Source of the DNA: Ascidiella aspersa
Lineage: Eukaryota
NCBI GenBank assembly: GCA_963924565.1
Contig: OZ004609.1
Coordinates: 32,674,001 to 32,738,000, forward strand
Length of the DNA: 64,000 bases
Reading direction: 5' to 3'
Part shown: in pieces, positions 50,101 to 62,100 of the stretch
Layout of the letters: every line of letters starts with the position of its first letter
How positions within the stretch are numbered: position 1 is the stretch's first letter
Translations under genes and position numbers: made by a program
The notes under the pieces: model-generated
Told to the model about the DNA's origin: nothing
Databases searched by the model: none
Seen by the model: the letters and a program-made list of their open reading frames with translations, nothing else

Positions 50101-53100
50101 GCGACCGTTTCGGTCCCCCAAAACACCTTAAAAAAAAACTGGGTGTACCCCTTATAGGGTGAATTAAATGTGATTATTTGTTAACTATATAGCTCTAACT
50201 ATTAAGTTACATATAAAAACATTTTTCGGCAGGCCTATGTTTTTTATAAACCAAATAAAATCGTAGTTGCATTTAACAACACGATTTCGCAGGCCTTACG
50301 AAAGGTGTATCCCTTATAGCGTGAATTAAATGTGATTATTTGTTAACTATATAGCTCTAACTATCCGCGAACCTTAAAAGTTGATCCTGATTTGATGAAG
50401 TTCTGTTCCAGTACATTGTCAAGCGCCGGATCCAGCTCCTCCCCAACATCCTCGATGAGTAGGGGACGTCCAAGGGATAACGCGTCCTCCAGATGTGTCC
50501 TGAAGTACTTGTGATTGAGAGTGGTGATCTGGTGTGGAGGTCATACAAAGGTCAGGAGGTTAGGCTTACAAACTCCCAGAAATAAACAGTTTTCATCTTA
50601 TCGGAAACAAAACTGGTTAAAGCAAAGCGTCAATAGTTTATTCAATTTGTTAATCACCCTAAGGAATTATTCTAGGTTAACGAAATCTGCTCTTCGTATA
50701 CTGAAAGTAGTAAATGCCAAATCAATTGCTGGATCACATTTTTATAAAGCTTGGGTATTAAAACAATGAAAATATTATATACAGGTTAAGATATAGTTGA
50801 ATAGAAAACTATCCAAATCGAGTTGAAACCGAGCAATAAACATTACAAATACGCAGAGGTATTACTACTACATTTTGCACACATCGTAAATATTAGCTTT
50901 AGTCTGTCTTATAAACTGGTTAATCAAGTCGCCAACGAATATTTCCCCGATTACATTAAAACATGGCGATTTTAAAACAAACGCATTACAAAATAGCAAT
51001 TCCACCTGCCCCTGTTACAATATCATCGGTTACAAATAACAGAAAAAGAGAAAAACGCGCGAATTTACCTGCAGCTCGAACTGCTTCTCTTTGTTCCGGA
51101 CCCAGATCTTTCCCTGTCCCTGAGGATCGATAAGGAGCGGGTATCGCGTTGCCCTGGTAACGATGATGCCGTTCTGCACCGACAAATCGTCGTTGGGAAG
51201 TCCCTGAAGGTTCCACTCGCCAATGGTGGCGTTGTCGACCAGCATAGAAATCAGGTTGATGTCCTAGGGCCGAAAAAAGAAGAGGTTGTTTAAGCAAGTG
51301 TCACGCAATGACGAAATTTTGAACGCCATTTTGATTCAGAAGTGAGGCGATTTTATAGCGACTGTTTTGTCTTATCTTTACAGTACAATCGTACTCGTTT
51401 GTCTCATCTATATCCCGCATTTAGTTGTGAACAAGATGAAGCCTTGATCCATTGTTCGAATTACGAGCGATGACGACTTAACCGATGACGTAATAACATG
51501 CTAAGTGAACTTAAAGCGCTATAAAATCCAGTTTTTCGTCAAAGTGTATTTTTAGTGTTTTCGTCGATGTCGTTGTAAAACATGTTTAACTTCAAGCGTG
51601 CCACAATCAATTTTTGCAATGAAATGTAAGTTTTAGGGCATTTTTGGACAACGTATCAAAATACATGTTAAATTGAAAGCTCGTCAAGATCAAGTTTTTC
51701 ACCAAAATGTATTTTTACGGATTTGATGATTGATGCTGTAAAATACATGAAGTGAATAAAACGGTAAGGTAAAGTTTTGTAACCTACTTTAATTATAAAA
51801 GGACATAAAGTTTAACTTTCGCACCGTGGTTAAATTATAAAGCATGTTCTACCCCTGCATCAGTCTTAGACTTATAAAAAAAACGTTTCTGCTCTTCAGG
51901 CTGTTTTATCTTCTTAAAGCACTTACGTCGGAGTAGGGTATCTTGTGTGACGTCATCTCTTTCTTCCAGGCAGTCTGGAGGAGGTTGCGGAAGTCCTGGT
52001 TGAAGGGTCCGGAGTAGGAGAGGAATCCGGTTGCCAGGAGGACGTCGCCCACCAACCTCGTGATCTGATCCTGGAAGGTCTTACCGGCAGCAGTCCAGCG
52101 GATCTTGGAGAAAAAAAGGATGAACAATTTAGAAGAAATTCTAAATAAAAACGACGAAAATCTCTGTGCATAATCTTGTACGTTTTATGACATGACAGGT
52201 CTCCCCAAACTATAGTTTGGATAGAAGTTCGGCCAAGAGTGCAGTTTATATGGGAGAGGACATGGCTTAATATCCCCCAAACCTACCCTTGATACGCTCC
52301 TGGCGATTAAGCGTACAAAACTAATCTTATACTTACTAGACTTCAACTTTGATTTTTTTACGGACAGCGGCTTATGCGTTAAGCACTCGCCAACTTTCTT
52401 ACGCGAACGTTCATTTTTTACTGATGACGAAAATATATTTTAGATTAGACGAATCACTTTTTGTCTCCAAGCTAAAGTTACATTTTTGCTCCAAAGAAAT
52501 GAGCATGTAATTTCTTTATCAATTTATTCAAGCATTCCGTTTAGAAATAGAAATTGGAGAGTCAGTTAAACCGACCAGCAGTAGTGTATAGCAAAATAAA
52601 AATGATGAAACGGCAGTAAAAATGAAAAACGAAAAATAAACGGGGAAATTGAAAATACTACCAGCAGATTTGGACAACTATAGATTGAAGCTTTTTATTT
52701 AATTTCGGAAATTTCAATTAAACGATTGGAATTTCAATTAATCGACTTCAGTTTTATCTAAATTAGATTAGAATTACCGAATTCTTGAAAACTAAACAAA
52801 TTATATAATTTGAACTACAATTACGTTTCACTTATTCACAATCAATTTAGTTTAAATTACAATTTAGGATTATCTGTAGAGGTATGACTTCTAGTGGGTC
52901 AGCAAATTAACTTTTCTGCAAGCCTCTTTACATACTTCGCATCTTCCTCCTAAATGACTCACCTTCTCTCCTCCTAGTCCCTCGATGAGCGCGCTTGCGT
53001 TCACCATCTTCCTCTTGCAAGCCTCCGCATCATCAATGAGCATCTTCTTGTGTCCGATGGCGTTATCATACTGCGCCTGAACCTCCTGTAGTTCTGCCTC

Positions 53101-56100
53101 TTTCTCGTCCAACTGCGCTTGCGCTTCGTTCAAATCGTGCATCGCCTTGCCTAGACGACCCTCCTGGATGGCCAGGTTCGCCTTGGGAGTAATAAAATTG
53201 GTGGTTAGGCGTAGAAAAACTAGAAATTGGTGATTTTTTGGTCTTTTTTTAGAGTTTTGTGCTTCCTATAATAGTAGAACTTCAGCTACATGCGAGGATT
53301 GGTAAAGTTTCAGATCTATAGTATAATATTACTAAGATGAATTGTTTTTGTTTAAAGGTAAAACCACTGATGACGTAGCCCTGTAGACTCTCATGGACTA
53401 TCAGGTTGCCTTTGTTTGGTTGACAGCTAGTGGTTACATGAGAAACCAGATATTTTGACCTTCTGATAGCGTTTTTATTAGGTTATTTTTATTTATTCGT
53501 TGTTTTTTTCTATAAATTTTTTTTTTAGTTTTTCTAAATACCTGTAATAAGTTGATCTTAAAATCTTTATGAAAATCTCACGGAGCATCTAAGGTTCTGT
53601 TTAGCAGATCTTTTACGATATATTGGATATGACATGGATGTTTGAAAGCACGAACATACTTTTCTTTAAACTAGCACAAGCACCGTTAAAATATAGACGT
53701 TAAATTGCCTGAAATGACTGCTGGTCAAGATATATTAGGCCCTACAGATTCTACACCATTTTTTGTGTAATTATCCAAGTTAAATTCAATTTTAACGAAA
53801 TATTGAATATGTCCCGGACGCTTGAAAGCACAAATATGCTTTGCTAAAACTCGCATGAGGGCAAGTAGACGTTAAATTGCTTGAAACGTGCACTAGTCAA
53901 CATAAATCAGGCTTCATATTTCCCACGACATTTTATGTGTACCTTGAGCGGCAAAACCTCCTTGTTGATGGAGAAGAAGAAGGCCATGGCTTGCGTCCAT
54001 GAACAGAGTCCAGCAACGTTACCGCAGACCTTCTTGGCCGACTCAAAGCTGTAGTCGTCCATGTCGAGGTAGGGCTGCAACAACTCCACCGTCTCCTCGT
54101 TAATGGTATCCTGGACGAAACGAAGATTGGTTTATTTAGGATAAAAGAAGACTTAGGCTTGGGAACTTGGGTCGGCAATTATGATTTATAGGCAGTTCGT
54201 TTGCGTCAGGCACTGGTCAGATTTGTATTGTATTTAGAAAGTGATTTTAGCAAATGTGGCACTAAATGTTTAAATCAACTTTGGCAATGGTAAGGCGCAT
54301 CAAGTCTTCCGGATGTTTGCAGACTTTAAAACAAACAATTCCAACTTAGGTTTAACAACAGCTGAAAATTATCGCCACAATAAATCAAGGTCAAGAGCAT
54401 GACAATGATATTAAACGGAATTTTAAGTATTATTTTTCAAGTAATTTACTTAGTTGTTTCTATAGGTTTTACTATAACTTGTTTAGATAACACCCTTTTT
54501 TTTAGGGATGCACAACCAATTTTAATATCATAAAAAAATGTCACTACAGGTGAAACGAAAAAAATCCAATCAAATTGCTAAGTTGAACTGGGTTTCCTTC
54601 AACTTTTATATATTTTTTTATTTTTCCAAGCTTTATTTCGTGTAAATCCTTAAACTAACTTACCGGACCCGAATTAGTCGGCGGACTCTATTACCCTAAC
54701 ACTTTATTTATTAAGCCGACGGCTTGATATGACTGTCAGTCAACCGTGACGATGAATCTAAAATACACAGGATCGCAAGAAACACAAGGATTGCAAGGTA
54801 GGTTTCCTGCGTACCATGCGACCCTGTATATTTTAGATGCACCCAACCAACCTTAGAGAAGTTAAGGAGCGCAGTGAATTCAGGCTTACAGCAACTAGAA
54901 CATTAAACAAGGTAAGACTATTTAGCACACATTAACATCCGCCGCAAATTCAAATATCTTCATTATATTTTCTTCCAACCTTTGAGAAGTTGAGGAGCAT
55001 CTGTAGGAATCCGGAGTTGTTCATGAGCTTGAGCGCCTCCGACCAGGAGGGCTTGACGCAGGGACGCTCCGGATCCATCTCGACCGCGTTGATCCTTTTC
55101 TGGAAGAGCAGGAGGACGCAGTCCATGATGCGCATGATCAGATGAGGAGGCTTGCCAAGCTTACGGACTGTGGCAATGTCGGCTGGTTTGATCGTCTGAA
55201 AAGTGAACGGCAAACTTGTTTGACTTTAACAATTTGCGTAAATGACTTTTTTGGCGATTTACATTTTCGTAAATGATAAATTTAGATTTGACCCTTTTTA
55301 TTGTATTTTTCTAAATACTTGTAATAGGTTGATCATAATGTACTTGAAAATATTACGGAGCACATGATTTTGTTCAGCAGATCTTGTTTTTGTTTAAAGT
55401 TGTTTTTTTTATAATTTTTAGGGTGCTTCTTTTTAACAAATGCTTCTAACAGGATGATGTAGCCATGTACAAAGCTTAGTTGTATGTGTAATATAAAATC
55501 GACAAAAAGTCGCTTAGTTCTTTATATGTTTTACTTTCCTTTCGTAAATATACCTAATTTTTTACCAATTTAGAAAATTTTACCAAGTGTTCCGCTTATA
55601 GATTTATTATGTTTAGTGTAATACGACAATTTACTATATTCCGATAACCGGGCTGATACGATTTTATATACTGCAGGATATATTCTCTGTGGGCTAATGA
55701 TAGTACACCAAATGAAAAATTAAACTATTTCAAGCCATTTTGTTTTCACGTACAAACTGATCTTAAGTCTGTTTATAAAAACAGATATAAAACATAAACT
55801 TATATGCGAAAATATATTTCTGCAAAAAAAAAAACATTTAGGAAATGATTTTATGTTTATACCTGTATTTAAAAACAGTCTTAAGATCATCTGATACGAA
55901 AACAATGATCTTTATTATACATTTTGTTGTCCGCGGGAGATTTCTTACCTTCCAAAGTGTTTCAGCTCACGTACTAACTCAGCGGTTCTCAACCAGTGGC
56001 CCATGGCTCACTGGTGGGCCATGAGAACATTTTGAGTGGGCCACAGACGAATTTAAAAAAGCTAGATTTACTGAAGAATTTAGTTTAATTTGTGTCAATG

Positions 56101-59100
56101 TACTTAATTTTACAGGAATAATGGCTTGGGGAGGAATTGAGACGGAATGTAAATTGATTGTTCAGCAGCTAGTATCTCACTAATGCACGGTAGAATAAAA
56201 AAAATAGCAAAAATTTTGTGCAACGAAAATGGGCCACGAAAAAAAAAAGGTTGAGAACCACTGTACTAACTGGTGATTTTCTGGTCCGGACAAACGTGTT
56301 TCCATTGTTTACCTGCAAAGCAGATTCGGCTGCAGCCAAGGCAGGGGCTGCCGCTTTCAGTTTAGCTTCGGCTGACACCTTGTCCACCGCGATTGTATCC
56401 ACGATCGCCTGCGCCTTGTCCTTGACCTTTTGAACCGAGGCCTTGACTTTCTCGGCCGCCGTGGCCTTGGTGGTCACCACCTTTAACACCTGCACGGGAA
56501 AGGGAAATAGTGTGGCTTGCATAGGGTTTTGTTAGGAAAAGGCGAATGTAAGCCTAAAACGTTTCAAACTGTTTAATATTAAGCCTATGTTAGCCCTAGT
56601 TATTTCTGCACTTATAACCTTATATTGTTTTTTTATTTTCTCTATTTCTTGGAAATTAAAAAAAAAATTAAATTTGATGATAGGAAACCATTAATATTTT
56701 TATTTTGCTTTACACAAGAATATTTAAAAAATATGATCAGGACTAACTTATATAAACGTTTCTCCTGATGTTTAATTCCGTAGATTAAAAACAAAATAGA
56801 TTATCATAAAAAATGGTAACATTCAATAACAAACACTACACAATACACAGAAATAAACAGGGTGACACAAATATTCAAAATAAATAAAAATATTACAAAA
56901 GGCGCTCTAGGGACGCCAAAATTTTCATGATTTCCACATTAACCAATAAACCCATTAAAACATATTGTCATCACAAAAAATGAGATTCGGGTTAAGTAAG
57001 AATCCGCTTACCTCGTCCGCTTCCTTTGAAGCCACAGCTAGATCCTTCTCTTTCACGGCAAGTTCCTTGGAGAGTTCGTTTACCGACTTCTCGGCTTCAA
57101 CCAACTTTAACAAACCTGTCTTCATGCGGGATGACAGCACCGAGATCTCATCCAGTTTTGATCTGACGAGTAATGAGAATTTAAGGTGTCGGGATGATGA
57201 ATGTTAAAGGCGCGATTTTCCAATGTATATTGCCTTTCCAAAAAACATAGTTTCTTACATCTCGAAGCTAAGGCTGTTGGAAAACAGGAGGCTCAATTTA
57301 TTGTAACCTAGTTAATTTAGCCACGAGGTCTTTGTAAAAACATAACGTTATGGCGTTAAAACATAGAAAAATATTCCGACAGGATATTAAAAATGAAGAT
57401 GAGATATAACGCAGAATTAATGGGAAAAATGATTGGAAGATTTTCGGTACAATTAGCTAAAAGATTAAAGACAGCAGGATTTCGTACTGTTTGATATGTT
57501 TATATCTAAATGAAAAAGGAATAATCAAATTCCAGGTTATAAATTTCTATGATCAGTTACTATATTTCCATCATTAGGTAGAAAAACAACTTTTAAACTA
57601 CCAAGTAAAAAAAAATTGATGAATGATCCGGTAAAAAGGAAAAACTTGACGCATATATTATAATAATTAACAAACCGGTAGATGGTCTTGTAACCGGCGA
57701 GGAAAGACAGGTAGGACTTGGGAGTCACGTGACATGCGCGTCGGTAGCGCTCGAAGTACTCGACGCACTTTTCAGCCACAAGATCCTGGACTGTACCCAT
57801 CACCTTTGATGGGAAAAAAGCGAAAACATATTAGCCGTCGAATGGGCATTTAATAAAAGGCGACCCGGGTAATTAAAAGATAAAGGAGTAGTTGGCAGTC
57901 TTAGTTAGACGTGGTAGGAATATCAAAGCACATTTAGAAGCAGGTAGCATTTTAAACGCTTCGAATATCTCTCTATTTCTTTTAAACAGCTGTTCTAAAT
58001 ATGCTATCTACTTCTATATTAGCTTTGATATTCTTACTACGTCTAAATATTATTAGTCTTTTTATACAATTTATTGTATATGTATTTTTTAGGAGGCGCT
58101 GTAAGGGCCCGCTAGGACCTAGCAGCTTGGCTATTAATGTGTTTGTAAATCTTGTACATGCGTTGCCCCTGTTAATTTTTGTAATATTTACAAAGCCATT
58201 TTTCGACCGACTGTTTACAGTACATTAAATCCCACCTAAACAACAACACTTTACGAACTACAAGCACGGATCATGTTTGCGGCATACCTGTACAACGTTG
58301 CCCTTGGTAGAATCATCACACTCGATCTTGAAGCTTGCGAGGAAATACTGAGCGACTTGTATGAGGGCGTCACGAGGCCATCGAAGGAACCAGTCCATCG
58401 TACATCCAGATATCAGAGCTGGAAGGTTGCAATATTGCGTTAGAATACATTTTAGGCATTAGGATGTGATTGCTTTTAAATATTTTATTACAATCGGATG
58501 TAATTGCTTTAAGATTTTGTTTGTTGGATGTAATTATCTAAGCGGCCTTTATTCATTCGTACGCGACTTTTTCAGTACATCTTTTTTTGCATTTGGACGC
58601 GACTACTTAAGAAAACGGTCATTTTAGCTAAAAATTTGTGCTTTTAACTGGCTCTGGCTAATGGGCTTTTTTATGTGTGTATTTTTATAGGTAATTTAAC
58701 TTTTAGGTAAAGTTTGGGTATACATTTTAAGCACAAACCCAGAAACTTAGGGTTCGAATCGTATTAAGGCACATTCGTCTAAAAAGTAATGCCCAGTTAA
58801 AAGTAAATACTCAAAAGCACAAGTTTTAACAAACAAGGTTCAAATCCAACCCGTTTCTTTAAAATTTTTAAAATTCTAAAAATACAGCAAACCTAAAATA
58901 TCGAAAAAAGTTGTTATAAGAAACTCTAACGAATTGTGTTTTATAAAAAATAAGCCGCAAGCTAAAGTATTCATGAACAATACAATTGGCTGGCCGAATT
59001 GCTGATTGTTTGACGATAATTTTGTTCTGTCTCTCAAGCTGTAACGCCTACCAGCTTTGTAACTAGACAATGTAACTAGAAAGCTTTTCTGCCGAATTTT

Positions 59101-62100
59101 ATTAATCAACGTGTTTTGCCTTCAGCTCTAAAATGGCGCCTTCGCGATGGACAGCAAGTGTTTATTTAAAACCAACTTTGCCAGGTAATTTAAAAATACA
59201 GACATACAGACAGAAACGAACCTGGAAACTTGAGCGCCCGGTTCTGGAACTTTTCGCCGACTGGAGAAAAGCAGAGGACCACGTGGAGGTTTGCCCTGAC
59301 TCTGGAGAGGAAGTACTCGTAGAGGTTCTCGTTGGTGGGTGGACGACGCGGGTATTCGACCTTCATCACTGGTATCAGCTCCTGTGTTATCTCATCAATT
59401 TCATCGCGAGCAAACAGGTTGGCGATCTGTGGTGGAGTTTTGTCAGAAATGTAAAAGTCGATTTTTACAAATGGTGAGGATTTATTAGGATATGATTGAG
59501 ATTGCGCGAATACGTGTTATTGTTACGCCAGTCTAAAGACGCTCTTCTGAACCACTAAATGTACATCAGTAGCCTAATATACTTTTAGCAAAATTTTTAC
59601 ACATTGCTTTGACAATTTAAAAATGTGGTTTGAGACTGAAAATTTTCATCGCACTATTTTTCTTTAAAAACCTTAGTCAACTGCTTCGTTTTGAAATACT
59701 TTGCTGGTTAAATGCTGCGATTAATACCAAAGTATTCGCTGGTTTAGGAAGATCGCGCTAATGGAGGTATCAAAGAATACAAGATTCTTAATATGAAAAA
59801 AAAAAACTTAATTGTTCCCATAGCATCGGAGCAGTGACTAGACATCTTGACTTATGCGTCAAATGTTGCTCTACCAAAGCATTCGCTGGTTTAAGAAAAT
59901 CGCGCTAACGGATATTACAGTTTAATCCAAAGAGTGCAAAATTTATAATACGGGGATCACAGACAAGGCTTAAATGTTGCATCACATGTGAAAATTCACC
60001 TCTCCTGAAGCGAGCACATTGTTCATGTACTCGAGGAATCCCTCGTCCTTGATTTCGTTGTCGGTGAAGATGAAGGTCACACCCTTGCCTTCCTTACCAG
60101 CAGTTCGGTACAAGATCTTGAAAGAAAGAAAACAAGACCGTTCAGAATCGAGGCCATTGTGCGTGTAAATGTAACACCATAATTATAAATTATAAATGAT
60201 ACCCAATATACTTTAGCAGTAAGGAAATAAACTGGGATTTTGTTATTACGTTCGCTTTGTAATTTATTTTGTTCCTAATGCAATCAATATAACTAATTGA
60301 TACTATATAGACTTGTCGATTTGCAAAATACCGTATAATTTAAATAAAAATTTTCAGTCTTTATGCTGAAAAGTTAAAAAAAAAATTCATGTTGAAAAGG
60401 TGAAAAGAAAACTTAAGAAAAAACGAATTGGCAAAACGTTCAGAAAAAAAGGCTTTCATTTGTACATGGAAAAAACAGTTTCTAAAAAAACACAATATTC
60501 TAGACTTTTCTAGAGGCCTGGTAAGTACATTTAGAGAAGGTATGTTATTAATTTAAAGGTTTACCAAGAACGGCCCAAAATCAGTTAGTTTATTCAAAAC
60601 TGGCAAAAGCTTGCAGAAGTATCGGTAGGCCTACTAACCTTAAGATCGTCGATGAGATTGGAGACGTTGTAGGTCCTGCTCAGCGTGATCTGAAAGCAGG
60701 TATAACCGGCGATGTAGGTGGCCAATCGGGTGAGAGACTGCTTGCCACTCCCACCCACGCCGACCAATAGACAGTTGCCACGTGGCGTGCGGATGATGCG
60801 AGAGATTTTCACCAAGTGAACCATGGCGTCCTGGTAAAGCATATACGTTGTTTTTTTAATTAAAGATTTAGAATATTGTAGAAAGCGAGGCAATTTGTTT
60901 ATGGCTGATCCAAGGAGAAAAAACAATTTCAGGTTTAGAATCAGAGCAGCATGTTTGTGCAACATTTGTTTAATTCAAAAAACCTATTTGTGACTGGAGT
61001 TTAGAGACTATTATGTTTTTAACACAGCCCAAATTTACATTGTATTTATTGGTTATGTTAATAGGTCATTACATCTTGAAATTGAAGCAAAAGTTAGTCG
61101 GTTTTACTTAAGATGGGCAAAACTTTTACCTAAAATTATTAGGTTTATAACAGCTCTACTTATACTGACACGGCAAAGTGTATTCTTCAGGCGTAAGACT
61201 GACACCTGATTGTCGTGAAATCAATAAAAAAAAATAACAGCTCTATTGCGGAGAAGGAAAAAACTTTACACAAAAAAAAATGCTTCGAGTACCTAAGTTT
61301 GAATCTTGTTCAAAAAACAATGTATTGCTATATAGCCACGGTGTTACCGTGGTTTCACAAACCAGAGTTAAACCAAGATCAGTCAAATTTTCGAAGACAA
61401 AGTAGTAAGTGTTCACCTTGAAGAAGACGAGGTCCATCTTGGATCCTCTCACGGTCTCGTTGTACTGCTCCTGGAAGTTCGTGAGCTTCTCCTCCAGCTG
61501 ATCCATGGACTCGATCGGCTCGTAGATCTTGGGAGCATCCAGGTCGGTGTCCTCGCCCTCCTCGCCTGGAGGAAGGAGAAAGAACAAAGGGAGTAGGTGT
61601 GACGTCATACATCAATACCTCAGGGTTGGGTTTACACTAAAGCGTTTGCCGCGAATAAAGCTTATAAGTGAAACACTGTATTTTGTAATGACGTAAAGCT
61701 AAAGCCTAAGGTGTGCTCATTATAATTACCGAAACAGTTACTTCAGGCAAAATGCAATTTATTTCTATTGTTGACAAAACAACAAACACCACACTAATTT
61801 CCATATTAAGTGTCAAAAGCTAGTCAAAAATGTTAAGCGACGTTTAGCTTTAGGGATATTCTAGTGTTGTTTTGATCTTTTTCGTTCCTTATACCTGTAG
61901 CTTCCGGTGCCTCTTGGAGGAAGTCGACAAAGTAGGGTTCCAGCGGCATCTTTTCTTTCTTTTCCGGCAGCACTTCTGACACCATCTAAAAACACAGCAT
62001 TAGTTTTCATGTCATCGCTAATTCAACAAGAGGTGCAAACAAGGATACATAACGCTACACTTTTACGAGAAAAATATTTCACTTTATTCAGAGAGATTGA

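Noticed and set aside
51882-51902. Minus-strand CTGAAGA-GCA-GAAACGTT
   Set aside because: No stem II and no stem I; probably chance.
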